Shown: positions 1-9,942 of the stretch, piece by piece
Numbering within the stretch: position 1 is the stretch's first letter
How the letters are laid out: the number at the start of each line of letters is the position of its first letter
DNA from: Oceanispirochaeta sp.
GTDB lineage: Bacteria > Spirochaetota > Spirochaetia > DSM-2461
Direction of reading: 5' to 3'
Assembly: GCA_963663385.2 (NCBI GenBank)
Contig: CAXXXD010000004.1
Coordinates: 896,001-960,000 of the forward strand
Length of the DNA: 64,000 bases
Program-made: the position numbers and the translations under genes
Notes under the pieces: model-generated
Told to the model about the DNA's origin: nothing
The model's database searches: none
What the model saw: the letters and a program-made list of their open reading frames with translations, nothing else

Positions 1-1489
1 CCGCCTCCCTGTCCGACCGCTACATCACTTCCCGCTTCCTGCCGGACAAGGCGATAGACCTGGTGGATGAAGCGGCCAGCCGTCTTAAAATGGAAATAGA
101 GAGCCAGCCTGTCGAACTGGACCGTCTGGAACGGAAAATCCTGCAGCTGGAAATCGAAAAACAGTCCCTTTCCCGGGAGAAGGACGAAGCTTCCGGGAAC
201 GCCTGGCTATCCTTTCGGAGGAACTGCGGAACCTTCAGGGTGACAGGGATTCCCTGCATCTGCAATGGAAGAACGAAAAAGGCATTATTGATAAAATCCG
301 GGAGCTGAATCAGAAAATAGAGGATCTACGCCGGCAGGAAGCCCAGTACGAACGGGAGGGGAATCTGGCAGGCGCCGCCGAGATAAAGCACGGCAGCATC
401 CCCGATACCCAGATAGAGCTGGCTGCCCGGACAAAACAGCTGCAGAGCATACAGGGGGAGCGCAGTCTTCTCCGGGAAGAGGTGGCCGAAGAGGACATCG
501 CCCGGGTTGTCTCCACCTGGACTGGAATCCCGGTAAGTAAAATGCTCTCTTCCGAGAGGGACAAATATCTGAAACTGGAGGAAATCCTCTCCAGGAGGGT
601 GGTCGGACAGGACAGCGCTGTTCAGGCGATTTCCGATGCCATCCGCCGTAACAAAAGCGGATTAAGCGATATAGGAAGGCCTCTGGGGTCCTTTATCTTC
701 CTCGGACCTACCGGAGTGGGAAAAACGGAACTGGCTAAAACTCTGGCAGATTTTCTGTTTAACGACGAAAAATCGCTGACCAGGATCGATATGAGCGAAT
801 ATATGGAGAAATTTGCGGTTTCCCGCCTTGTCGGAGCGCCTCCCGGTTATGTGGGATACGAAGAGGGCGGTCAGCTGACCGAAGCTGTCAGACGCCGTCC
901 CTATTCGGTTGTACTCTTTGATGAAATAGAGAAGGCCCATCCCGATGTGTTTAATATCCTGCTGCAGCTTCTGGACGACGGCAGACTGACGGACAGTCAG
1001 GGGCGGGTGGTGGACTTCCGCAACGCCATCATTATCATGACCAGTAATCTGGGAAGCGAGATTATACTTGAAAACGGCTCCGGAGAAGAGACCAATGCCC
1101 GTCTGATGGAACTGATGAAACGGACATTCAAGCCTGAGTTCCTGAACCGGGTTGATGATATTATCAGCTTCAACAGCCTGGGAGAAGAGCACATCAGAAG
1201 AATTGTCAATCTGCTGACCGCCCATCTGATCGAACGGCTGAAGGAGAAGAAGATGACATTGGCCGTTACGGATAACGCCGCGTCCTGGCTGGCTCATGAA
1301 GGCTATGATCCCGCTTTCGGAGCCCGTCCCTTAAGGAGGGCTATTCAGAATCTCCTGCAGAATCCCCTTTCCAGGCACCTGCTGGCGGGAGACTTTATGG
1401 AAGGTGATGAAATTCTCTGTGATCTGGAAGGTGACGGTCTTGTGTTCCGGAAAGCCGGAACAGCAGTGAATTCCGCAGCTGAAATTTAA
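1..1489 (+). CDS. clpB: ATP-dependent chaperone ClpB, 5' part outside window, with an apparent -1 frameshift at about 192-197
   Basis: Frame 3 reads [27 protein letters not shown]. After ~194 the middle domain continues in frame 2 into NBD2 ([41 protein letters not shown]). Confidence 0.93.
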
Positions 1490-3021
1490 CGGCGGAGATA
1501 GGAGAGGGTGAGAGGCAGAACAATATTGTTTCCGAACTTATCCTCTCCATAACCGTTTTCCGCAAGGATGCGGATATCCTGTAGAACCCGTTTGTCTCCC
1601 TTGAAGATGACTTTCGTATCGCTGACAATATCGATCCTTCCCATAGCCAGGTAAAGGGCGATGCCCCTTTTGGCAAATTCTCCAAGGGTTTCATTTTCCA
1701 GGGGCGTCAGATCATCAAAGGAAAAGTTGTTGTCGTAGATCATAATCCTCTGCTTTTCCAATAGGTCCAGGAAGACAATCCGCAGTATTTTTTTCATAAG
1801 AGGAACATCGTATGTTGCGTTTATATCCTGGGCAATAAGCTTATGCTTCACCAGGTGCTCCGCTACACTCTGACGCTTTACGTGATTAATCTCCTCGTTT
1901 GCCCGGAACAGTTCCAGGGGCATTGAGGCGTTGTAGTCATTCTGTCCCAGGGTCATGGTCACATCGCTTCCGTAGTGTACGACGATTTTTGCTATCAGTG
2001 TGGAGGGGCGGACATGAAATCCCCTGTAGTTGGGGATGGGAACCTGTATCTCTCCCATCTCGGCATAGTGTTTCAGAATATCCTTGCACAGAGCCTGGGA
2101 GGCAAGTATATACTGCTCGGGGAAAGCTATGAAATATTTCATCAGGTGGTTGAGCAGAACCTTGTCTTCTACAGGATTCTTAAGGATATCCTTCTCTCTG
2201 AAATAGAGGCTGTGCCGTTCGTAGTAGTGGATCAGTATGGTGGCGCATTCCAGCAGGTGGAAAACCACCGATATATGCCCCCTCAATACAGGGAGATTGG
2301 GGTCTTTCTGGGCTACGTCCGAACCGGAAAGGTAGGTATCGTAAAGGGACTGAAGGTTGTGGAATTTGTTTTCCAGAAGCCGCAGTTTCTCTTCGCTTAT
2401 CTCTTCAGGGATGGCTGATTCATATTCATCTTCGTTCAGTTTCTTATAGATTTTAAGAAGGATGCTCTCTTCCGCCAGATTCAGAAAGGATGTCGCCAGG
2501 TATACGGTGGTTTTCTCCGGGAACTCCGACTCTTTTCTTATCCTGTCTGCTGCCAGCCTTCCGGAAAAGGCGTTTTCCTGGAATTTATACTCACTCATGG
2601 GAGTTACTTCAACATTAAGGCCCAGATCGGTATTCAGACGGGTTATTTCACCCGAAGCATTTATCAGGGTTTGAAAGATGGTCTGGATTGTATCGGCAGT
2701 GGATTCCTGAAAATTATTATCAACCTGAAGCAGGTTATAGGAAGGAGCTGCGTTACGAATGTGTATCAGGCTGTAGGCTATGGTTGAAAAGGATTTGATT
2801 ACAGCTGTGATTTTCCGCAGGGGGCTCCATCGCTCGTTATGCTGTACTCCATAGGCATCAAGCAGCTCCTCGCAGCGGGCTGCTTCAAGATTTAACCGCC
2901 CCAGCAACGGCCGGGATACTTCATCTACTGTATAATCTTTCAGTCCCGAGGAAATGGACAGCAGATCTTTCAAATCCGCTCCTATAGAAGCTATAAATGT
3001 ATTATTATCTATTGTTTGCAT
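1486..3021 (-). CDS. 511-aa protein with a C-terminal HPr-like phosphocarrier domain split by an insertion
   Basis: HPr His15 motif GFHVRPSTLIAKIV; HPr-like C-terminal strand and helix KVIFKGDKRVLQDIRILAENGYGE; large unassigned N-terminal region. Confidence 0.75.
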   Translation of the reverse strand: MQTIDNNTFIASIGADLKDLLSISSGLKDYTVDEVSRPLLGRLNLEAARCEELLDAYGVQHNERWSPLRKITAVIKSFSTIAYSLIHIRNAAPSYNLLQVDNNFQESTADTIQTIFQTLINASGEITRLNTDLGLNVEVTPMSEYKFQENAFSGRLAADRIRKESEFPEKTTVYLATSFLNLAEESILLKIYKKLNEDEYESAIPEEISEEKLRLLENKFHNLQSLYDTYLSGSDVAQKDPNLPVLRGHISVVFHLLECATILIHYYERHSLYFREKDILKNPVEDKVLLNHLMKYFIAFPEQYILASQALCKDILKHYAEMGEIQVPIPNYRGFHVRPSTLIAKIVVHYGSDVTMTLGQNDYNASMPLELFRANEEINHVKRQSVAEHLVKHKLIAQDINATYDVPLMKKILRIVFLDLLEKQRIMIYDNNFSFDDLTPLENETLGEFAKRGIALYLAMGRIDIVSDTKVIFKGDKRVLQDIRILAENGYGEDKFGNNIVLPLTLSYLRR

Positions 3022-3103
3022 GAGAACCTGTATTAATAATTAAATTAAATTAGACAATTCTGCAATGGTTTTGGCATTCTTTCTGAATTTCTTTGGCATA
3101 AAT

Positions 3104-4216
3104 TCACAATTTCTCCCGCAGAAGTTTTATTCTGGTAAATATATAGTCCAGGGAATCGCTTTTCAGTACGACCTTTCGTATCCAGGGCGCTTCAGGAAAG
3201 GGAAGAGTGCTCTTCTCATAGTGGAAAATACGGCTTCTGGGATTATTTGAATCATACCAGGCGCAGAGGGATATTTTCCCTCTGGCTATTTCGATTCCCG
3301 TAGCGCCGAACTTATGGATTACTGTTCCGGCATTAAAGAGACAGGGGAGGGAGAGAGGATCATAAATGCTCCCGTGACTTTTGTAATCTTCGCTGTCTAT
3401 TACGGTCTGAAGGGTTACTGCTGTATCCCGGATAGCCTTGCGGAGAGTTTCCGCCGCTTCATCTTTCTTCATTTGCATATAATCCCGGATCATGGAATCC
3501 AGACGGAATTTCAGATACTCCACTTCGGAATGACCTTCAAAAAGGGCGCGGTGGGTATGACCGGTGATTACTACTATTCCCTGTTCCTTGGCGAATTCGA
3601 AGATCCTCTGTTCCGCCTTAAGGGGGCGGTTGCTGAGGTAGTCCCGTTTAATATTGTTGATATGAAGCGGGTGAGCGATAAAACGGAGGGCGAATCTATT
3701 TACCTTGTGCCTGAAGGGGGAGTTGTAGAGCGATGCCTGATGACCGTGCAGAATCAGCAGAGGGTCTCCTTTATACATCAGCCTGAGGGAGGGAAGGATG
3801 TCTGCGTTGACCTCTCTCTCTTCAATCGTCCGGCCTGTCTTCCAGTAAAATTGCGCCCCATGGTCATGGTTCCCGATTATTTTATATAGACCGGGACCGT
3901 GTTTGAAATCCCTGAAGACTGCGTACAGATCCCGCCAGGAATTGCTGACTTTTCTGAGGCTTACCCTGTGCAGTTCTTCGATATCACCGTTCAGAACCAG
4001 TTTGTAACCTTCGGGAAGGTACCACTCTTTCAGAGCTTTGATTACAAGGGGAGCATTTTTTAAGAACTCATCCCGTCTCCTGGCACCTCCGATATGAAAA
4101 TCGCTCAGGATTATATACTTGTCCCCGCTCTGGATTTCCAGTACTGGAGCATTGTGATAGGCTTTCTTCAGGTTTTCCTGAATAATGGAATTCGTTATAA
4201 TTGACTGGGACTGCAT
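3104..4216 (-). CDS. Calcineurin-like metallophosphoesterase
   Basis: Motifs SDFHIG, NGDIEE, GNHD, HGH and GHTH. Start moved to the ATG at 4216, directly downstream of a promoter. Confidence 0.85.
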   Translation of the reverse strand: MQSQSIITNSIIQENLKKAYHNAPVLEIQSGDKYIILSDFHIGGARRRDEFLKNAPLVIKALKEWYLPEGYKLVLNGDIEELHRVSLRKVSNSWRDLYAVFRDFKHGPGLYKIIGNHDHGAQFYWKTGRTIEEREVNADILPSLRLMYKGDPLLILHGHQASLYNSPFRHKVNRFALRFIAHPLHINNIKRDYLSNRPLKAEQRIFEFAKEQGIVVITGHTHRALFEGHSEVEYLKFRLDSMIRDYMQMKKDEAAETLRKAIRDTAVTLQTVIDSEDYKSHGSIYDPLSLPCLFNAGTVIHKFGATGIEIARGKISLCAWYDSNNPRSRIFHYEKSTLPFPEAPWIRKVVLKSDSLDYIFTRIKLLREKL

Positions 4217-4222
4217 ATTTAT

Positions 4223-4251
4223 ATTATAGGGCAAGAAGAATCCCTGTTCAA
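4223..4251 (-). promoter_or_regulatory. Sigma70-like promoter of the metallophosphoesterase gene, probably leaderless
   Basis: Minus strand reads TTGAAC-N17-TATAAT-N6-ATG. Confidence 0.65.
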
Positions 4252-4276
4252 TTTATGCCTGTTAAAGGAGCTTTTT

Positions 4277-5110
4277 ATGAACTTTCAACCTGAATTCTAC
4301 TCGTCCCTTCCCATGGGAAAGCAGCAATGGATTCTGTTTTCCCCCGGAGAAAGGCAGATCGCTTTTTGTCCTGAAAAAGAGACTCCTTTTATTTCCGGAG
4401 AGAATCTGGAATCGGAAGACCTGAACAGAAAGGAGAACCTGATCCGTTCTCTGGGGATCGGCCGGAGTGACGGGACATATATATGCTGCGGCGAGTGGCG
4501 GGAAAGCGCCGAACTGCCGGAAGGTCTGGAGTGGCAGGATTTCCGTGATGTCTATAGAATTCTGGATAAGCCCCTGCAGTTTCCTGTAAGCCGGGCCAGG
4601 CAGCTTCTGAACTGGGACCGCTCTCACCGTTTCTGCGGAGTCTGTGGTACCGAAACGGTTCCCGGCGACAGGGAACACTCCCGTGTCTGTCCTGCCTGCG
4701 GAGAATTGTTTTATCCGCGCCTCTCTCCGGCTGTCATTGTCAGGATTACCCGGGGGAAGGATAATATCATGCTGGCTCACAACAGGAACTTCCCCAAAGG
4801 GATATACTCCCATATCGCCGGTTTTGTCGAAGCCGGTGAGAGCCTGGAGCAGACCATCCGGAGAGAAATCAGGGAGGAAGTGGGGCTGGAAGTGGAGAAT
4901 ATCCGCTATTTCAGTTCCCAGCCGTGGCCTATGCCGCACTCCCTGATGGTGGCTTTTACAGCAGAGTGTCCGGAAGGGGAGCCCGAGCCGGATGGCGTTG
5001 AGATTCTGGATGCACAGTGGTTTACGAGAGAAAACCTGCCCCTGCCTCCCTCTTCGGGAAGCATTGCCATGGCCATGCTGAAGGACTTTCTGGAAAACAG
5101 ACAGAATTAA
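4277..5110 (+). CDS. nudC: NAD(+)/NADH pyrophosphatase NudC
   Basis: Zinc finger CGVCG..CPACG, Nudix box GFVEAGESLEQTIRREIREEVG, SQPWP signature; AAGGAG RBS. Confidence 0.93.
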   Translation: MNFQPEFYSSLPMGKQQWILFSPGERQIAFCPEKETPFISGENLESEDLNRKENLIRSLGIGRSDGTYICCGEWRESAELPEGLEWQDFRDVYRILDKPLQFPVSRARQLLNWDRSHRFCGVCGTETVPGDREHSRVCPACGELFYPRLSPAVIVRITRGKDNIMLAHNRNFPKGIYSHIAGFVEAGESLEQTIRREIREEVGLEVENIRYFSSQPWPMPHSLMVAFTAECPEGEPEPDGVEILDAQWFTRENLPLPPSSGSIAMAMLKDFLENRQN

Positions 5111-5781
5111 AGCCGGTATCCCACCCGGACGAAGGGTGCCAGCACATGGATGTACCTGGTATTGATGGGAATATATTTATAGGTAAATCCGCTGGAAAAG
5201 CGGAACCTGCCCAAATCCGGATAGCGCGATCCCATCTCCACTACCATCATGGGGCCTGTCGGTGAGTTCTTCTCCTCTTCGGTTTCGAATATATCCCTGT
5301 TGGATATTGTGGCAATTCCGATACCGGCTTTAAAATAGTAGTCCATAAACCGTTTGGTATCCTCAAAGTAGTAAAGATAGTTGTAGAACTGGAAAAGGGT
5401 CAGTTCGTTATCTCCCATATTATAGGAATCCATGATATTCCATTCCAGAGCTGTTCCCACGCCCATGTTCTTCAGAACCCGCTTGGAACTGCCGAAATCC
5501 ATATCCAGTCCTACACAGATATTGATAAAACTGATATTGACGGCGGGAATGGAAAAGCTTGATTCTCCGGTTTTTATCTTTTTGGTATCATAGAACAGCC
5601 CCGGTATAAAGAGGGGAACCGGGTAGAAAATATAGGGCTCGATTCCGGTCTTTTCATGTTCGGCGGCTATCAGCTTCTGTCTTTCCGTTTCGGTCATTTC
5701 CTCAGAGTTCAGGGAGGCAAGAGGGAAGGAGATAAAAAGCAGAAGCAGCAGTACTGTTTTTTGAAATATTGTTCCCTTCAT
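5107..5781 (-). CDS. Putative small outer-membrane beta-barrel protein
   Basis: Signal peptide; alternating aromatic/Gly strands; C-terminus FVRVGYRL; start overlaps the upstream stop (TGATG). Confidence 0.6.
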   Translation of the reverse strand: MKGTIFQKTVLLLLLFISFPLASLNSEEMTETERQKLIAAEHEKTGIEPYIFYPVPLFIPGLFYDTKKIKTGESSFSIPAVNISFINICVGLDMDFGSSKRVLKNMGVGTALEWNIMDSYNMGDNELTLFQFYNYLYYFEDTKRFMDYYFKAGIGIATISNRDIFETEEEKNSPTGPMMVVEMGSRYPDLGRFRFSSGFTYKYIPINTRYIHVLAPFVRVGYRL

Positions 5782-7214
5782 CAGAAGCGGTAACCTCCCA
5801 TCATCCAGGGGTGAATACTGTCCAGATCCCCTCCCGTATATTTACTCATCCGTACATCCAGTCCGAACTCCAGGAGAATCCCGTTCCGGAACTCTTTCTG
5901 AGCACTGAAGGCCAGGGTAAAGGCATACCCGATCTCGCCCTGCAGGACTTCTCCGAAAAGTTCAGTCTCATGGATCTCAAGGTTTGTAATACCTCCGCCG
6001 AAACGGGGGAGCAGGGTCCAGTTCCTCAGCAGAGGAACTTTGTAATAGGCATGCAGCCCCGTATAGAACTGATTGTAGTAAAACTCTGCATTCTCATAAT
6101 AGAGGGATGTGAAATCCATGCCCAGTTCAATTCCCAGTGGACGCAGGCCGGGGACCCTCCAGAATACCTTGTTGGACATATCCTGACGGATTTTCAGACC
6201 GAATCCATAGGGCACGGAGCTGTAATCTCCGTATTCGGAGGATGCGCCTGATGCAAAGGTGTAGCCTCCCAGTATGGACAGCGAGTCCGATGGGGGCACT
6301 TCATGGATAATTTCCTTAAGGGGCGCTTTTTCAATTATAAAAGCCTTCTCTTTTTTCGCAACGACCCCGGAGGGATTGGTTATTTCCAGATCATAACGGC
6401 CGGGAGCCACCTCTCCCGTAATCAGGGCCAGACGGACTTCCTCTTCGCTGATCCACTCGGTCTCGTAAGGTGCTATCAGCTGATCATCCATAAAGATCCT
6501 GGCCGAAAACCCTTCTTCAAACTGCTTCCCCTTAACAATAATCTCAGGGTATACCTCTTTCTGTTCCAGTCTTTTGTAACTGACAGAACGAATCTCCGGT
6601 TCAATAACTTCCAGTACGGTAAGGACATTTATCTCCGAGGTATCCTCCAGCCCGGAGGAGTCTACAGCGCTCAGGGTGTAAACGCCGGGAGGCAGTTTGT
6701 TCATCGGGAATACCAGGGTGACCGATTCTTCCTTCAGTTCCGATTGTCTGCCCTCTGTCTTTTCTCCGCTTTCATCGGTCAGAAAAAACTTTGTATCCGG
6801 TTTTACCTGATATACTTCGGCCTGTATGGATAAAGAGCCCCCGGCTGCTTCAAATACCTCATCCGGTGTAAAGCGGCGGACAACGGGCTGAAAAGCTTCC
6901 TTGATTATCAGAGGTTTCCAGGGGGTTTCGCCTACCACTTTTTTGAATTTGTTAAGAACCACGATACTGAATTCGTACTCTCCCGGATTAAGGGAGAAGG
7001 TCAGCTCCGATTCATTTGTCTGCTGACGGAGAATCTCTTCATTTCCGCTGCGGATTATAACCTCATACCCCCAGGCGCCTTCCACATTTTCCCAGCTCAG
7101 TTCCTGTTCCACGAGTTCGTCCCTGCGGTTCTGGCTGGTTAACTGAAAAAGAGGGAAAAGGAAAAGTAAAAGGATCAGCAGCGTTATGCTTCGTTTTGTA
7201 TCTTTATCGCGCAT
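5781..7214 (-). CDS. Exported protein with FN3-like and IPT/TIG-like domains and a C-terminal beta-barrel
   Basis: Signal peptide; LSWENVEGAWGYEV..PGEYEFSI; PGRYDLEITNPSG; C-terminus WMMGGYRF resembles a BamA beta-signal. Confidence 0.7.
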   Translation of the reverse strand: MRDKDTKRSITLLILLLFLFPLFQLTSQNRRDELVEQELSWENVEGAWGYEVIIRSGNEEILRQQTNESELTFSLNPGEYEFSIVVLNKFKKVVGETPWKPLIIKEAFQPVVRRFTPDEVFEAAGGSLSIQAEVYQVKPDTKFFLTDESGEKTEGRQSELKEESVTLVFPMNKLPPGVYTLSAVDSSGLEDTSEINVLTVLEVIEPEIRSVSYKRLEQKEVYPEIIVKGKQFEEGFSARIFMDDQLIAPYETEWISEEEVRLALITGEVAPGRYDLEITNPSGVVAKKEKAFIIEKAPLKEIIHEVPPSDSLSILGGYTFASGASSEYGDYSSVPYGFGLKIRQDMSNKVFWRVPGLRPLGIELGMDFTSLYYENAEFYYNQFYTGLHAYYKVPLLRNWTLLPRFGGGITNLEIHETELFGEVLQGEIGYAFTLAFSAQKEFRNGILLEFGLDVRMSKYTGGDLDSIHPWMMGGYRF

Positions 7215-9942
7215 ATTGCAGCTCCGGAGATAAAATTTCAGGCAGCACAGTTATTTCCGGCAGAGTAAGCTCAAAAGGTACGGTATGAAGTTCACTCTGC
7301 TGGAAAATCTCACCGTCTTTCTCTCTGAAAGCCTGGATCTCAAGGGTGTATCCTCCCACGTCCAGGTCTTCCAGCCTACTAAAAGTATACCCCGTTGCGG
7401 CAAGTTTTTCCTGATGAAAGACGAGTGAGCCGTTATCATTTCTTTTAAGTTTCAGGTCATAGTATTCCGCACGGTTGACGGGGGTCCAGCGAAAGTTCAG
7501 CTCATCTTTCTCCTGCATATCAATGACAGCTCCCGATACCGGTTCGCTTACTCCGGGGGGGGGCAGGGCGGGAATGGCTGTGATATGAAATGTGTAAAGG
7601 GATGAGGGCGGACTGTCATTGCCCTCGCTGTCCTGAGAAAGGATCTGCAGGTAGTAGGTTCCTATGGGTAGATCCGGAATCGCTCTGCTGAGCACGCCGA
7701 GCTGTTCATCCAGTACGGTCGTGGCAAATTCAGGATCCCTGGATACCCTTATCTGCTGAATCGGCAAAGGCGGTGACTGGGTCCAGCGGAAAAAGGGTTT
7801 CTGTTCCAGAATGTTAAGACGGGAAAGATCCTGTTCCTGTGCCGGGTATACCAGAACGGGTTTCGAATACCCCTGCACTTTGGAGAGGGAAAAACGTCTC
7901 AGGGCGGGATCACTGCTGTTCAGGTATTCCTCATCGATTCTGTTGAAGGCCTGAATTTTCAGGGTATAGTCGCCAACCCGCAGGCTGGATTTGTCATCAA
8001 TAATCCAGCTGGTTCCGGTGGTCTCTGTTTTCCGCAGGGTCGGAAAGTTCCTGTTGGCGGGAATCAGTTCGGCATTGTAGTATTCTCCGCCCGGTACGGG
8101 AAGCCACTGTATTTCAAGCGCATTATCCCCCACCACCGAGAGGCTGGCATCCGCCTGGGGGAGCCGGATTTCAGGCTGGTTCAGTTTATCCGCCATACGG
8201 AAAGGGGTTTGTTCGCTTTTTATCACCGTATTGCCATCCCTGTCCAGAACCCCGACCTGCCAGTAATAGTTACCGGCTCCCGGGAGGGGAAGAGAAGAGG
8301 GGGTACTGAGGACCTGCTGGGTCATAAGGGGAACCAGTGCATTATCCTCGCGGAATATCTGAATCTCGTAGGGACCTTCCAGGCTGCTGTCCCAGGAAAA
8401 GGGGGTACGGTCATAGGACTCCACAATCAGCATACTGTCTCTTGCCGGTTTTTCCGGTTCTATATAGATCCGGGCGGCAAGGATATCGAAATCCCTGATT
8501 TCGGAGGGAGGGACGGCTTTATTCTCTTTATCCAGCCCATCTACCTGCCAGTAGTAGCGACCCTGTTCCGGCAGGGTATTCATCAGATAAGTGTTTTTGT
8601 TAAGCCATTGGTCAACAATCAGATTGGTTAGTTCGGGATCCCCGGCAATCATCAGGTGATAACTGCCTATCTCCCTGTCCGTCTTCCAGCTGAAACGGAG
8701 TCCTTCCCTGGATTTCAGGGGATTAATCTGTTCCCTGTCCGCCGGAAGAATCAGAGTCGGCGGTTCCACGGTTTCATTCAGTTCTACCCGAAACCGCCTG
8801 ATATCAGCTTGCGCATAGGCTATCTTGGTTGCCGTATTGTACTCGGGAATAACCCTCCAGTAATACTCTCCGGCGGGGACTTCCCGTACGGTCTGAAAGT
8901 TGTTGCCGCTGACCAGGTCTGTCAGCATATCTGTAAATCCCGCATCCCGTGCAACCTGAAGACGGGATGAGTTGGAAAGGCCGGACGATTCCCAGGAGAA
9001 GGCCATATCCGGAAGGGTTTTTCTGTATTGAAACACTTCATCCATCTGCGGAACCTGCAGAGACGGAGCGCTGTCCCGAATCAGGACCACCCTGTTGGCC
9101 GGGCTGAAGTAGGGGGTGCCGTCTCCGTAATTACCCTTGATTCGCCAGAAGTAGGTTCCGGGAAGGACCGCCCTGCTGAATTCGGAACGGCCGGGATCCG
9201 GTGTCAGCCTTTCTGCAGAGCGGAAATCGCTCTGTTCTGCGATTTCCAGTACAAGATTCTCAAGCGGGAGAATTTGCTCCCACTTAAAATTGACGGGGAC
9301 GGAAGCGGATGTGGTCATTAATAGCCTGTTGTTGGCCGGGTACTTCAGTGTTACAGCTTCCTGTTCCACCGTGATTTCATCTTCGATGCTGGCACGGTAA
9401 TTTTCTTTGATGCTTTGGGTTTTATTCCCTACGGTTACATCGATAGCTCCCTCATCCACCGAAAGGTTTATAGCCTCGCCTTTACTCTTATCCAGGGTTA
9501 CGCTGGCACTATCCAGAGAAATCACTGTATCCTCTGCTTTAATATTAAGGGTGGAATCTCCTTTTCCGCTCCTTTCGGCGGAAATGTTACCTCCAAGGAA
9601 TTCAATGCTCTTTTCTTCCTCACCCCATTCCAGAACAATATAGGTATTGGCTGCCAGGGTGATTTCCGTTCCGTCAATCAGTTTGATGACCGCTTCGGAG
9701 TCTTCAATTGTCCGGAGGCTGTCATAATTGTAGAGGGGGGCGCTTGTTTCCAGCTCTCCCCAAACAGCCCTGTCCGAAAATTTCCTCTGGGCGCTGTTGC
9801 TGATAAATGTAATCTCTCCGATTACTTCGCCGCCTTCGTTGGATATCTGGCTGTTCAGATCCCTGTAAAATTCCAGACCGGCCCAGGCAAAGGCGTAGAG
9901 AAGAAGGCCCGTTATGAAAAAATCCCTAATCCATGATTTCAT
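7204..9942 (-). CDS. Membrane-anchored FecR-domain protein with about 7 FN3/Ig-like repeats
   Basis: N-terminal TM; FecR-like YDSLRTIEDSEAVIKLIDGTEITLAANT; seven G-x-Y-x-(W/L)-x-(V/I) motifs. Start at ATG 9942 is inferred. Confidence 0.8.
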   Translation of the reverse strand: MKSWIRDFFITGLLLYAFAWAGLEFYRDLNSQISNEGGEVIGEITFISNSAQRKFSDRAVWGELETSAPLYNYDSLRTIEDSEAVIKLIDGTEITLAANTYIVLEWGEEEKSIEFLGGNISAERSGKGDSTLNIKAEDTVISLDSASVTLDKSKGEAINLSVDEGAIDVTVGNKTQSIKENYRASIEDEITVEQEAVTLKYPANNRLLMTTSASVPVNFKWEQILPLENLVLEIAEQSDFRSAERLTPDPGRSEFSRAVLPGTYFWRIKGNYGDGTPYFSPANRVVLIRDSAPSLQVPQMDEVFQYRKTLPDMAFSWESSGLSNSSRLQVARDAGFTDMLTDLVSGNNFQTVREVPAGEYYWRVIPEYNTATKIAYAQADIRRFRVELNETVEPPTLILPADREQINPLKSREGLRFSWKTDREIGSYHLMIAGDPELTNLIVDQWLNKNTYLMNTLPEQGRYYWQVDGLDKENKAVPPSEIRDFDILAARIYIEPEKPARDSMLIVESYDRTPFSWDSSLEGPYEIQIFREDNALVPLMTQQVLSTPSSLPLPGAGNYYWQVGVLDRDGNTVIKSEQTPFRMADKLNQPEIRLPQADASLSVVGDNALEIQWLPVPGGEYYNAELIPANRNFPTLRKTETTGTSWIIDDKSSLRVGDYTLKIQAFNRIDEEYLNSSDPALRRFSLSKVQGYSKPVLVYPAQEQDLSRLNILEQKPFFRWTQSPPLPIQQIRVSRDPEFATTVLDEQLGVLSRAIPDLPIGTYYLQILSQDSEGNDSPPSSLYTFHITAIPALPPPGVSEPVSGAVIDMQEKDELNFRWTPVNRAEYYDLKLKRNDNGSLVFHQEKLAATGYTFSRLEDLDVGGYTLEIQAFREKDGEIFQQSELHTVPFELTLPEITVLPEILSPELQYAR

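Noticed and set aside
186..202. Programmed ribosomal frameshift in clpB
   Set aside because: There is no X XXY YYZ slippery heptamer, and I know of no such recoding for ClpB.
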